Positions 26,204 through 39,030 of a stretch of DNA of 64,000 nt are shown piece by piece. The DNA is taken from positions 14,818,001-14,882,000 of the forward strand of contig JBHGNT010000012.1 of NCBI GenBank assembly GCA_043228905.1. The letters are read 5' to 3'. Numbering within the stretch: the first letter of the stretch is position 1; each line of letters opens with the position of its first letter. Source of the stretch: Azolla caroliniana (lineage: Eukaryota > Plantae > Polypodiophyta). Position numbers and translations under genes: made by a program. The notes below the pieces were generated by a model. That model worked only from the letters and a program-made list of their open reading frames with translations, made no database searches and was not told where the DNA came from.

Positions 26204-27213
26204 CCCCCCCCATGAGTCTTACACACTCCCTTCCTCTTAATACTAATTCTTTCTCTGCTTTTAGTACTATTCTTGATAGTTTGAACCAAATTTAGTCATC
26301 CTCTTATCCCTCATTCCCTTTATACTAATCCTCTTATCCTCCCTAGTAAATGGCAACTATTAGCACTCAAGAATACCAATCTATTTTCTCGGAGCTCCAA
26401 TGCTTAAAAGAGAATTTTGTAGCACTAGAACAAGAAAATCATCGTCTGTTGGGGGATCTTCAACAAATAGCTCTAGAAAAACAACAACACCACGGTGAGC
26501 TGACGTTACGTGTGCAACAACCGACTATTGTATCATTACAACAAGAAGGATCAAGCACTCAAGGGACTCACAAAGAACCCAAGATTGGTTTTCCTATGAA
26601 ATTTGATGGGACCTGATCACAATTTAGACATTTTCTTAATCAAGTACGTTTAGTGATTCAAATGCATCCTTCTCAATATCCCACCGATGCATCATGAGTG
26701 GGACTAGTAGGCACGCTACTTAGTGGCACGGCTTTGGCATGGTTCACCCCCCTGTTAGAAAAAACCTCTCCCTTGTTAAATAATTTTGAAGAGTTTATTA
26801 GCGAGTTTAAAGCTTGTTTTGGAGATACCGACAACGTTAGGATGACAATCAACAAAATCCGAAGATTGCGCCAAGGTGATCAACTTATATTGCGGATTTC
26901 CGTCTTCTCGCCACCGATATTCCCTGGGATAACCAAGCATTAATGGAGCAATTTCATTATGGCATACGTAATGATGCCAAGGATTTACTCTTGACTTTCC
27001 CTAAAGACCCAAAGTCATTGACAGAAGCAATCAGTCGTGCAGTATGATGCGATAACCGTCTTTCGAACAACGTTCGAAACGTCAATTCCAGATACGAAAG
27101 ACAACATCAAAGCCCACCTACACCTCAATTGTAGCAAAACCTTTTCCAAGAAGGAGTCATAAAATGTGTCTCCAGTAAATACTCCAACTTCGATGGAAAT
27201 TGACACCACACCT

Positions 27214-28157
27214 TGTCGTGAAGATTCCGGGCCATGGTGAGAAACCGAGGAATATCGGAAGAATTGGCGGAGTGCATCATCTGCAGTTACCCTTGTAAAA
27301 ACATGTGAATAATTGGGGTGCCTTTATGGCACCGAGTAGGAGTTAAGTCGGGACAGAGAATCCCATGTAAATCGGGATTTATCCCACATTGTTACGCATC
27401 CCCCTCCTTGTTCTATAAAAGGAAGGGAGGGTCCCTTATAGAGGGGTTGCCCATTTTGAGTTAGGAGGGTATACCGTTAGATTTAGGGTAGTTCTTGGTC
27501 CTCATCTTTCTCTTATTCTCTTAGGAATTGTACTTTGGTCTTTTCTCCTTGCTTGTTTTAGGGTTTCATCTTGGTAGCTTTCTTCTTCTTCTTCTTACCT
27601 TCTTGTTTTCGGTTAGGGTTCTTCGACTTCTTCTTCTCCTTCGTGTCTGTTTAGGGTTGACTCCGGTGAGGAGCTTGTATGTTCAGTGGGGTTTTCTTCT
27701 GCTCAACCTCCTGTGCAAGACCCCGGTCGGCGCGACGAGCCCGAGAGCTCCCCAATCGGTGGCTTGGCAGTAGACGGCTATTGTAACCTAACTTACCTTG
27801 GTCCGGCTCAAAGCCGGAGTTGTATCTTGCTCTTGTAATTATATATATAACAGGTTGTGCATATTTGTGTCTCTGTTGGTGTCGGATGCGTTTCTTTCCC
27901 TTTGTTTCTGTACATAAGGGCATGAGTTAGGCCGATGTTGCGTGCATGCGTGCTCTCTCTCTCTCTCTCTCTATCCATCTCACCCTCTTTTCTGATTCAG
28001 TAGCCTCTTGTACCCAAACCGGTAACGATCCGTTTTTGTGCTACTGTGGTGCGGCCGGTCACGGAGGGAGTCAGTCTCTCGGTACCCTCTACTCCCTAGT
28101 TCAAGACCCCCACGGTCCCACCTTGAATCCTACACGTACTCGCGGAATATCGTGACA
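27214..28157 (+). mobile_element. Element G: solo LTR related to the J/P lineage
   Basis: TGTCGTGAAGATTCC...GGAATATCGTGACA termini, TATAAAA at ~27414, 4-bp TSD ACCT/ACGT; F gag rejoins across it. Confidence 0.85.
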
Positions 28158-29044
28158 ACGTCACCATGGACCATTATCAGAAGAGGAAAAGCAGCGACGC
28201 CAAGCAAATCGACTATGTCTTTATTGTGGTCAACCGGGGCATATTGTAGTGAATTATCCCCATAGGCCAAGAAGACAGGTAAACCAAATAGTTGTTGGTA
28301 CTAATTGTACTAAACCCGAGTCTATTTTAGTAGGATTATCTGATAGTCCTAATAGTACTAATAGCCCAAGTCTATCAAACAAATTTGATGTCGTTAGTCA
28401 ATTAGAAGAAGAGTTAAACGGCTAAGTCCAGCCAAAATAGGAGTCATTTGGTTGGATAGCCCTAGATCTATACAACCCATTAGTGGTTTCATTCCCTCTA
28501 AGCAAGTTAGCAATGTGTTCTTAGCTCAAGTAATAGTTAGTACTAAAAGTACCCCTCTAGTACATATCTTAGCACTCTTAGATTCTGGAGCTAATTCTTG
28601 CTTCATGGATAGGAATTTTGCGCAAGCTCATCAGATATCCCTAAGAAAACTTCCCTGCCCAAAATCTGTAGTAGTCATTGATGGTCATCCCATTGCTTCT
28701 AGAAATATCATGGAAGAGTCAGAGCCCATTAGTATTGTCCTAGACCATTTGGCGTGTGTAGTATCGTTTAATATAATTAGTAGTCCAGAAAATCCCATTG
28801 CTTTGGGGTTACCATGGTTCGAATTACACAATCCGGATATAGATTGGAGAACAAGAGAAATCAGGTATCAACAACCCCAAGAACCTACTCATAAGGTTTC
28901 AACCATTTCGCTAAATCAACTGTGTGAGGAAGGATGTACAAAATCAATGTTTGTATTCGTAGTGTCAGTGAAACCTTCCAAGACCGCTAAGCAAGAGTCA
29001 ACAATTCAACTTCCAAAAAAGTATCATCATTACGCCGACATTTT

Positions 29045-32000
29045 TGACGCGAAATGTGCGTAATATTACTCAGCCACAACCGAGTCTCAGATCGTGTCAT
29101 TTCGAATAGAGCACCAAGAATGGGAATGGAGGTGAATACACATACACACAATCAACATGACAGAGAGTACACAATATGTTAACGTGGAAAACCCTAAATG
29201 GGAAAAACCACGAGAGTCCACAAACTCCAAACTATCACTATGTAAGGAGAATACAACAGGTGAACACAGAGGCAACAACCTCTTGCTCACAATCTTTGTC
29301 TGGTGGTAGTTACAACAGAGAATCACTTTGTATCTCTCTCTCTCTCTCTGCTACGCTTTGTACAGTAGTTATAAAAAATAACTCTATACAACAAAATAAT
29401 GACAACAACTCCCAAGAGTTTTCCCTAGGTCATATTTATACTAATATGACTTTCAGGCTATTTACAAATATAGCCCCAATGGGCTCTTTGGAACATATTT
29501 ACATATATGTCCCTTCATCCGGTGAGAGATTCTCACCGGGCCTGCAAGATCCAGTTCTCATCGGGTCTTCCTTGCCGGGTACTCATTATCCTGTTCTCAC
29601 CGGGCCTTCATCATCCCATCCGGAGGGACTGAGATCCTAACAAACTCCCCTTTCACTCCGGCATGGGATGCCTCGTCAGTCCGATCCGCTTCCGGCATGC
29701 GTCCAACTTGTCGGTTGTCAGCACTTTGGTTAGCATGTGCGACCCGTTCTCCTCCGTGTGGATCTTGTCAGCACGAACTCTTGATCTTCAACTCGCTCCC
29801 GGATCCAGTGGTACCTACGTTGGATGTGCTTCGTCCTAGAATGATACGTCACGTTCTTCGCAAGGTGGATGGCGCTTTGACTGTCGCAATAGAGCCAGTA
29901 TTCCTCTTGCCGGATCCCTAGCTCTTCTATGATGTCCTTCATCCACAATATTTCCTTGTCGGCTTCCACAGCCGCCATGTACTCCACTTCCGTGGTTGAC
30001 AATGCAACCGTCTTCTGGAGCCTCGACTGCCACGAAACAGCTCCCCCTGCATGTCATAACATATCCCGATGTTGACCAGATCGTATCCGCATCAACCGAC
30101 ATATCTGAATCGGTGAAACCGTCAAGTTGAGGTTTACCGGAGCCGAATCGGAGACACATAGTTGAGATGCCTTTTTAGTACCGGAGTATCCATTTTACCG
30201 CATTCCAGTGCTCCTTGCCGGGATTGCTCATGAACCAGCTCACCACTCCGACTGCGTACCTGATATCCGGTCGGGTACACACCATTGTGTACATTAAGCT
30301 CCCGATGGCAGAGGCATATGGTATCTTCATCATATCTGCCTTCTCTGTCTTCGTCTTTGGGCTTTCCTTACCTTATAACCTACAGTTTGCCGGGAGTGTC
30401 GATCCAACCAGTTTCGCATCTAACATGTTGAGCCGTTGAAGCACCTTTGTCACGTACTTCTCCTGTGACAGCCACAATTGCTTCTTTGACCGGTCCCGAA
30501 TGATATGCATCCCCAATATCTGTCTTGTCGGACCCAAGTCTTTCATTGAGAAGGTTCGGTTCAGAGCCTTCGTCAGCATTTGTATCTTGACTTGGTCTCG
30601 TCCGCCGATCAACATGTTGTCCACGTACAGGAGGAGTATCAAGAAGTCTCCGCCTTCGAACTTCTTCACAAATATGCAATGATCAGCCTGCGTCTTGTGG
30701 TACCCTTGATCGATCATGAAGGAGTCGAACTTCCGGTACCATTGCCGAGGAGCCTGCTTCAAACCATAGAGGCTCTTCTTCAACCGGAAAACCAGGTGCT
30801 CCTTCCCTTTCTTCACAAATCCCTTCGGTTGCTGCAAGTAGATCTCCTCTTCGAGGTCGCCGAGCAGGAACGTCGTCTTCACGTCTAACTGCTCTACCTC
30901 GAGGTCCATGCTTTCCGCTATGCTTAGCACCGTCCGGATGGAAGTCATCTTTACTACCGGGGCAAATATCTCGTCGAAGTCCACGCCCTTCTTCTGCTAG
31001 AACCCCTTCACCACGATCTTGGCTTTGTATCTCGGGGGGTTACCGGCATCTCCCGGTTTCAGCTTGTACACCCACTTGTTTCGGACTACCCTTTTTCCTT
31101 TCGGCAACTCCACCAATCCATACGTGTGGTTCTCATGCAGGGAATCCATCTCGTCCTGCATGGCACTCAACCACTTGCGGCAATGGGTGCCAGCCTTCTC
31201 TTCTTCAAAGCTTTCCAGCTCCCCCTCATCGGTTAGCAACACACGCTCTACATCCGGGAATCTCCAGGGGGGTCTTCTCTCTCTGAGAGGATATCTGTGT
31301 CCTTGGCTTTCGGCAACCGGCTCCTCTGTTTGTTCTTCATCCGAATCTGATTCGGGGTCTTGGCCGATTCCGGTTTCTTCTTCTTCTTTTTCTGCCGGTT
31401 CGGTATCCTCACCCTAACCAGCCAGTTCTTTGAGTGTCAACCGGCTCTTAGCCGGGTAGGTTCGAATCTCATCGAACCGACCCTTACCGGTCGACTCGAA
31501 GTTCATTATCTTCTTCTCCAACTCCCAGTCGTCAAGGGTCTTGTCTTCCATGAAGATAATATCTCGACTCCGGAAAACCTTCTTGTCGACCGGATCCCAC
31601 ACTCGGTAGCCGAACTCATCATCGCCGTATCCGAGGAATATGCAAGGCCAGGACTTTGGATCCAACTTTGCTCTCCAATCCTTTGCAATATGCACGTAAG
31701 CGAGACACCCGAACACCTTCAGATGCCAGTAAGACACTTCCTTACCGGTCCACACTCTCTGCGGCATGTCTCCGTCCAAGGGTACTACGGGTGACTTGTT
31801 TATCACATATGTCGCTATCGACAGCGCCTCAGCCCAAAACGTCTTGGGTAACTTTGCATGTGCTAGCATACTCCGGACCCTCTCCATTATGGTCCGGTTC
31901 ATCCTCTCGGCCAGGCCATTGAGTTCCGGTGTCTTCGGCACGGTAAATTTGAGCCGGATTCCCTTCAAGCAGCAGTACCCCTCGAATTGCCCCCTGTATT

Positions 32001-33312
32001 CTCCTCCGTTATCTGCTCAAACCGCCTTCAGCTTCCCGCCGGTTTCTCTTTCCACTTTCATGTGGAGCTCCTTGAAGACGGATAACACCTGATCCTTCGT
32101 CTTCAACGGTGTGGTTCACAGCTTCCGGCCGTGGTCATCTATGAACGTCACGAAGTACTACGATCCGGCATGTGACTTCGTGTCCACTTGACACACATCG
32201 GTATGCACCAGCTCCAGTGGTGCATTACGTCTCATCGGTGGCCTTGAGCGGAAGGAGGTCCGGTTTTGCTTACCGGCCAGGCAGTTGGTGCACCTCTCAA
32301 GATGCACGTTCTTCACTGGAATGAGGTTGTCATCGGCAAGCCTCTTCATCCCCTTCTCGCTCATGTGACACAGTCTCTTGTGCCACAACTCACCGGTAGT
32401 GTCGGATGCCATGTTCACTTCTTCCGGGCATAACTAGGCATACATTAGGTATAGTGTGTTGACTTTCCGAACCCGAGCCACTATTAGGCTCCCTTTGCTG
32501 AACTTCATAACACCATTCCGGATGCTACCCGTGTAGCCTTCATCATCTAGCCGACCGGCTTATATCGAGTTCAGTCGAACCTCCGGAACATGTCAGACAT
32601 CCTTCAGCAGCAACTTGCATCTGGTTGGTGTTGTCAACCACACTCTCCTATGCCGACAATTTGGCATGTACCTTCATTCCCCGTCCGAACACAGCCGTAC
32701 TCACCGGTTGTGTGGGATGAGAAGCATTTCCAGTCCGGTGTCAGGTGGAACGACGCTCCGGAATCGACAACCCATGTTGTCTCGTTGCCGGCAAGGTTCA
32801 ACTCACTCTCCTCGGTGATGAGCATCAACTCCTCTTCACTTGCCACGATTGCCGTCGTTCCCTTCCGGTCCGGTCCCTTCCAGTCTTTACCGTTCCGGTC
32901 TGGTGACCGCTTCGAATCGATACTATCGGTTTCCTTCTCTTTCCAGAAATGTCGACAGTTCTTCTGGAAATGCCCCAGCTTCCCACAGTAGAAGCAAGTG
33001 GGCCTTCCCCTTGACTTTGACCGTGTCCCTGACTTTTCCCGGTTCTGGGGACTCCGGTTCCTTTGTCTTCCGCGTTCTGATTCGGTAAGGAGCACTTTGG
33101 AGTCGGAGATCGTATCCTTGTCTTTCCGATGCGCCTCCTCATCTAGCAAGCTCGACTTGACTCTTGCTAGGGATAATTGTTTTCCTTCTGGCCCGGCGTC
33201 CACAAACTCCGAATTATCACTATGTAAGGAGAATACAACAGGTGAACATAGAGGCAACAACCTCTTGCTCACGATCTTTGTCTGGCAGCGGTTACAATGG
33301 AGAATCACTTTG

Positions 33313-33347
<35 letters not shown>

Positions 33348-33663
33348 TACACTCTGTACAACAATTACCAAAAATAACTCTATACAACAAAATAATGACA
33401 ACAACTCCCAATAGTTTGCCCTAGGTCATATTTATACTAATATGAATTTCAGGCTATTTACAAATATAGCCCCAGTGGGCTCTCTGGAACATATTTACAT
33501 ATATGTCCCTTCATCCGGTGAGAGATTCTCATCGGGCCTGCAACATCCGGTTCTCACCAGGTCTTCCTTGCCGGATACTCATTATCCGGTTCTCATTGGG
33601 CCTTCATTATCCGGTTCTCACCGGGCCTTCATCATCCCATCCGGAGGGACCGAGATCCTAACA
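29045..33663 (-). mobile_element. Element I: Ty1/copia (L-related) with U5, PBS and gag N-terminus deleted
   Basis: LTRs 29045-29642 and partial ~33198-33663, TSD ATTTT/GTTTT; CFYCGKLGHFQKNC, WVVDSGAS, integrase, YVDN, CDSQSAI. Confidence 0.93.
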
Positions 33664-34108
33664 GTTTTTGATAAGGTAAAAGCTAGCAATCTTCCTCATC
33701 ATCAACCGTATGATTGTCCCATTGATTTACAACTAGGAAAAGAGCCACCGTGGGGATGAATCTACAACTTGTCACCAACAGATCTTGAAGTTCTTCGAGC
33801 TTACATAGAGGAAAATTTGGCAAACGGGTTCATTCGACATTCGAAATCTCCAGCCGGTGCACCCATTTTCTTCATCAAGAAAAAAGATTGCTCACTTCAT
33901 CTAGTCGTGGATTACCGTGGCTTGAATAAGGTCACCATCAAGAATAGGTATGCACTTCCCTTGATATCGCGTCTTCTAGAAATGATTAATGGCGCTAAGT
34001 TTTTCACAGAAATCAACTTACGTGGAGCATATAACCTCGTACGGATTCAATTGGGAGATGAATGGAAGACAGTTTTCCGCATCCGATATGGGCACTTCGA
34101 GTATACGG

Positions 34109-37100
34109 TGTCGTGCCTTTCGGCTCCGGATCGTTTGCGTGAGTCGGGTGGGAACCACCGGGGTTTTGGACTAGGAGGAAGAGGAATAATTTAAGGCGAT
34201 TTTAATTATGTATAGATTATTAGAAGCTTGTGAATCCCACAAGTATTACGTTAATCAATATTTATGTAAGAATATGAATTTAGATTGAAAGAGATAGGTT
34301 ATATAAAACTTCGTGAATCCCACGATTATATTAATTGGTGTTTTTAGGAAATATATCCAATTTCCCAAATATTTTTCACACACTATTACATTGTGCTCCC
34401 CATCCTTATGTAGTGATGGGAGAGACTAAGCATAGCTACATGCTTTTTTTCTAATATGTTCATGCACACTAAATATGCATGTGATGCTTTTCTAATCCTT
34501 GCTTTTATTTGCTAAATATAGTGCTCATGCACGCTAGATGTGCATGAGTCACTTTTTAGTTGCTTGCGTTTTTCTACAAAATATTCACGCACTCTAAAAA
34601 TGCACGATTTACCTTTTAATAAAGGTAGGTGCAAATAAAGCACTTATAGTTATTAAATCTATTTATAGAACACTAAAGATAAGGTAGCATAATGGTAAAG
34701 TTGAGGTTTGGCTACGTGGAGGTACAGGGTTCGAATCCTGCCCTATGCACGTGATAAATATCTTGATATATTATTTTATTTATTTATATGTAATTAAATC
34801 GGTTATATTATTTTTACTTTTTCACGTAGTGTACGAAATACACTACGACACTCGCCCCCTCCGAACCCGCACATCCTCCGGTATGTGCCGAAGTTGTTGG
34901 TGTTTGTTAGTCTCCTCCTTCATCCTCCGTTTGTCCCGCTATGTCAACTTTGTCTCTCCATTTTGAGTAGACCCATTCTTTCCACGCGAACCATTGTCGC
35001 CATCCGATCCACCATATTCTTTGTTCTCTCTCGTCATAGTCTTGGCCCTTGTCATTCGTGGTAGTGTCTTTTACTGGCCTCTTTCTTGTCTTCATCAACC
35101 TTGACTTTTTTCCGGATCGCTCTCGTCCGATCGACTTTCGGTATGATCGGCTTCCGATCGGATTCGTATTTAGCCGAATCGGAATCGGTTGTTCGGTTTC
35201 GATTGAGTCGGTCTCCTTCCGGCCCGGTTTCAATCTATCGGTTTCGGTTTCGGTTGGCTTTCTTTTCCTCGTTTTCACCAGCCTCGACCGGTCCAACCTT
35301 CGGTTGAGTCGGATTAGCTTCTTTCCGGATCGTCTTTTGGCCGAATCGTCTTTTACCCGGTTCGGCTTTCTTTCGGATCGGAATCCCGTCCGGATCACCT
35401 TCCATCCGAACCGGCTTCCGACTTTACCTTTCTTGCCGCCACCTCCCGTCTCTCCGGTCTCACGTTGCTTCTCAGACACAACCGCCGAAGTCTCTAGGAT
35501 TAGTGGGTAGGAATCCTCGGTATTATCATCCTCCATTGTTTCACCCATAGCCATGTTCTCCTTGGCTATCTCTCCTTTGTATGCATCGGCTTCGACCTTC
35601 GTTTCGTTGCCGCCACTTTCCTTATCTTCAGTGTTATGTCGACACCCGGGCTCGAGTACCGAAGTCTCCGAAACAATGGTGAAGGAATCCCTTCGTTCGT
35701 GCTCATTTACTTTGTCTTCCTCGTTGCCCTTCCGGTCCTCCACTTTTCCGCCGACACATTCCGTCTCTCCGGTCTCACGTTGGTGCACGGGCACAACCGC
35801 CGAAGTCTCTGGAACCGGTGTGGGGATACCCTTTCGTCCTCGATCTTCCTCCTCCTCGTCCTTTGTTGGCCTCGACTTTGGTTCGGTTTTAAGCTCCCCT
35901 TCAATGTCGACTTGCGACTTTTCATGCATCTCCGAACCCTTCCGCATCAAGCTCTCCTTCGGTTGTAGTCGGTGGCCGCTTTTCACCCACTGTTGACCGC
36001 CGTTCGTGGACCATGTCCTCATCCGCTTCGGTCTTAGATAGTCATATGTGTCTCGTATAGCTTCTTCAAAGGACTCCCACATCGGGCTTTGTTGCCGTAT
36101 CTCGTGGATTCTCTCTTGAAGCTCATCCGTAGCCACCCGGTTGAAAGATAACACTTGCAATCTTTCTGAGATACCATATCGCAACATCTCCATTTTGTAG
36201 TCACGTAGATAGCGTGACACGTCCTTTCCATCGAATTGCCCGTTCTGTTGCACGAGCCGTTGTACTACTGTCGTGATCTCCGACATCTCGCGTTGTTCTT
36301 GTAGCATTCTCTCGAACATCATCATCATCATGTTCATCGCCTCTTGTTGATTCTCCATCTCCTTGCCACCCGCCTTCACGTCGGGTTCACCAACTGTGTC
36401 GTGCCTTTCGGCTCCGGATCGTTTGCGTGAGTCGGGTGGGAACCACTAGGGTTTTGGACTAGGAAGAGGAAGAATTTGAGGCGATTTTAATTATGTATAG
36501 ATTATTAGAAGCTTGTGAATCCCACAAGTAGAGTTGTTTTAGTTTGTACTAATCATAGTAATAAATTGAAATAGTTTAGAATAGTTTAGAGTAGAAATAG
36601 AAAAGAGATCAAACCTTGTGAATCCCACAAGTATTACATTAATCAATAATTATGTAAGAATATGAATTTAGATTGAAAGAGATAGATTATATAAAACTTC
36701 GTGAATCCCACGATTATATTAATTGGTGTTTTAGGAAATATATCCAATTTCCCAAATATTTTTCACACACAATTACATTGTGCTCCCCATCCTTATGTAG
36801 TGATGAGGAAGTCTTAGTAATCCATGCTTTTTCTCTAACTATAGACCCCATGCTTTTCCTATAGATAGACTATATGCTTTATCTAAAGTGATCATGCTTT
36901 TTTCTAACTTGTGCGTTTTTTATCATGCACGCTAGATGTGTATGTGTAGCTTTTTCTTTTGTTATGCGTTTTTCTAATGTTTATCCTAGCGTGAATTTAC
37001 CTTTCTATGTGGGACATCTATACTTTAACACTAATGAAATGCTAGTGTAATGGTAAGACATTACATTATTAACATGGAGGTGCAAGGTTTGAATCTTGCC

Positions 37101-37205
37101 CTATGCATGTTCCATTTATTTTGCTATTTTCTTCTATTTCTTCATTTTTTATTGAATCTAATACTATATACGTTTTTCACGTAGTGTACAAAATACACTA
37201 CGACA
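34109..37205 (-). mobile_element. Element H: non-autonomous Gag-only (TR-GAG-like) element of the E lineage
   Basis: LTRs 34109-34850 and 36397-37205, perfect TSD ACGG, Trp PBS, PPT, no pol. Confidence 0.92.
34907..36358 (-). CDS. gag: Intact 483-aa ORF: E-type Gag N-terminus, acidic repeat region and basic tail
   Basis: GQFDGKDVSRYLRDYKMEMLR...SFNRVATD matches E gag; uninterrupted from ATG 36358. Confidence 0.75.
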   Translation of the reverse strand: MENQQEAMNMMMMMFERMLQEQREMSEITTVVQRLVQQNGQFDGKDVSRYLRDYKMEMLRYGISERLQVLSFNRVATDELQERIHEIRQQSPMWESFEEAIRDTYDYLRPKRMRTWSTNGGQQWVKSGHRLQPKESLMRKGSEMHEKSQVDIEGELKTEPKSRPTKDEEEEDRGRKGIPTPVPETSAVVPVHQRETGETECVGGKVEDRKGNEEDKVNEHERRDSFTIVSETSVLEPGCRHNTEDKESGGNETKVEADAYKGEIAKENMAMGETMEDDNTEDSYPLILETSAVVSEKQRETGETGGGGKKGKVGSRFGWKVIRTGFRSERKPNRVKDDSAKRRSGKKLIRLNRRLDRSRLVKTRKRKPTETETDRLKPGRKETDSIETEQPIPIRLNTNPIGSRSYRKSIGRERSGKKSRLMKTRKRPVKDTTTNDKGQDYDEREQRIWWIGWRQWFAWKEWVYSKWRDKVDIAGQTEDEGGD

Positions 37206-38370
37206 ACGGTTATGCCCCGGCCTCACCAATGCACCAGCAGTCTTCCAGCACATGGCAAATGATATATTCTGAGTTTTTTTGGATATCTGTTTAATCGTCT
37301 ACTTGGATGATCTACTAGTTTATTCAAAGACATGGGAGGAGCATGATTCTCATGTACTATTAGTACTAAGACGACTACGAGAACATGGTTTTTATGCAAA
37401 GCTAGAGAAGTGTAGTTTTGACTGTAGCTAGGTGGAATTTCTCAACTATGTTATTTCCTAGGAAGGCATTTGTATGGATCATGGTAAAGTCCAAACTGTG
37501 CTAGAGTGGCAGACTCCACGCTCGTTGCGAGATGTGCAAGTTTATACAAGACTACTCAAAGCTTATTTTGCCACTCACACAGCTTACCAACAAGGGTCAA
37601 TCGTTTATTTGGTCTAAGGAAGTGGACACAACTTTTGAGGGTCTCAAGAAAGCATTTACATCGGCTTTTGTTTTAGCTCACGTTGATCCGCAAAAACCAT
37701 TTATCATGGAGGCAGACGCGTCAGATTTCGCCCTAGGTAGTATTTTATCACAACAAGGTGATGATGAGAAGCTACATCCCTTAGCGTTTCATTCACACAA
37801 ATTTGACACCGCCGAAACCAACTACGAGATACATGACAAGGAGCTATTAGCAATCGTGGACTCTTTTGCACAATGGAGGCATTTTTTAGAAGGATCTCCT
37901 CATCAAGTCATTGTATTCAATGATCACAAGAATCTTGCCTACTTTCAAAATGCTCACGTGTTAAATAGATGACAAGCTCAATGGGCCCAAATCCTCACTC
38001 ATTTTGGTTTTAAGATTACACTTGTCGTTTAAAGGGAGGGATAGTGTCATGATATTGCATGGTATGGCATTAAAAGGATTTGAACCCATGACCTTGTGTA
38101 ACATAGGTTGAAGCCTTACCATTAAGCTATACATTGTAATACAAAAAATGTTGTTTTCATTTATTATTTCACTATAGAAAATTGATGTATATTCCAGATT
38201 TCTCTGGAACATTCTAGAAACTTCAGGAGTATTCCTGACAACACTATAAAAAGAGGCACAAGGCATTACTTTGAACCAATTCGGTTCAATACCAGTCTTA
38301 AGCCTCCTAACTATTCTTGTACCTACTCTTCATATAATATATCACATGTTATCATCATTCTCTCTCTCTC

Positions 38371-39030
38371 CAACTTATGACAAGATACGAGTTGAATACC
38401 AAGACATATGAGGACCCTCTCCCACCCTCTCCAAAGTATTAGATACCCCAGATGTAAAGAGACTAGGTAGGTATATCTTAGAGCTAAAACAACATAGGGA
38501 TAATAAATTACAAAGTGTTAACCATAACCCTTTTACTATTCATCAACTTGTAACTAGTGTAATTTTTCAGGAACAAGGGGAGACGATGAATGTTATACAC
38601 TTACGCTGCCCGGCCTCTCTCTTGAGGAAGCTGAAATGCAAAGAACAACCAAATGCCCTCGGATGTTGGGCTTCAAAACAAGTCGACACGGAGTAGAAAG
38701 GATTAAGAAGATAAGGGAACATGAGCTATGTCGACTAGAAGCTATGGTTGGGGTACCTTTTACATTGGGGCCACGGGCCACATCCACATCGAAAGCCTTT
38801 GACCTCCCGCTTCTATTTGAGAGACTTTGATGGAAATAAAATTAGGCCTAGTATAACATCCTTTTCATTGTAGAACATGTTTGTTATTTTACTAGAACTA
38901 TTTAGCTTAAAAATCTATTTTTATTTTTATTTTTTACTTTCGATGAATGGGTAAATATCCCATTTTTTGTTGTAAACCATTTGTCTCATGGGCCAGTTTT
39001 GACCTTAGAAGACGTTAATATATCTTTTTT
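38371..39030 (+). other. ~660-bp foreign insert in the 3' LTR of F; exon-intron-exon gene-like fragment
   Basis: Absent from the 5' LTR; lies within the CT microsatellite; a GTAGGT (38467) to TTTTCAG (38570) intron joins two in-frame segments ending at TGA 38830. Confidence 0.6.

Noticed and set aside
26167-26210. (CT)n/(GA)n microsatellites as independent features
   Set aside because: They are ordinary components of the LTR R/U5 regions.
32634-33404. Gag with a hydrophobic signal-like N-terminus (256 aa)
   Set aside because: The N-terminus is translated LTR sequence, including the GA microsatellite, fused by the deletion at ~33198.
34681-34745. Functional tRNA gene
   Set aside because: A box, B box and T-arm are present, but there is no convincing acceptor or anticodon stem, and it is part of an LTR.
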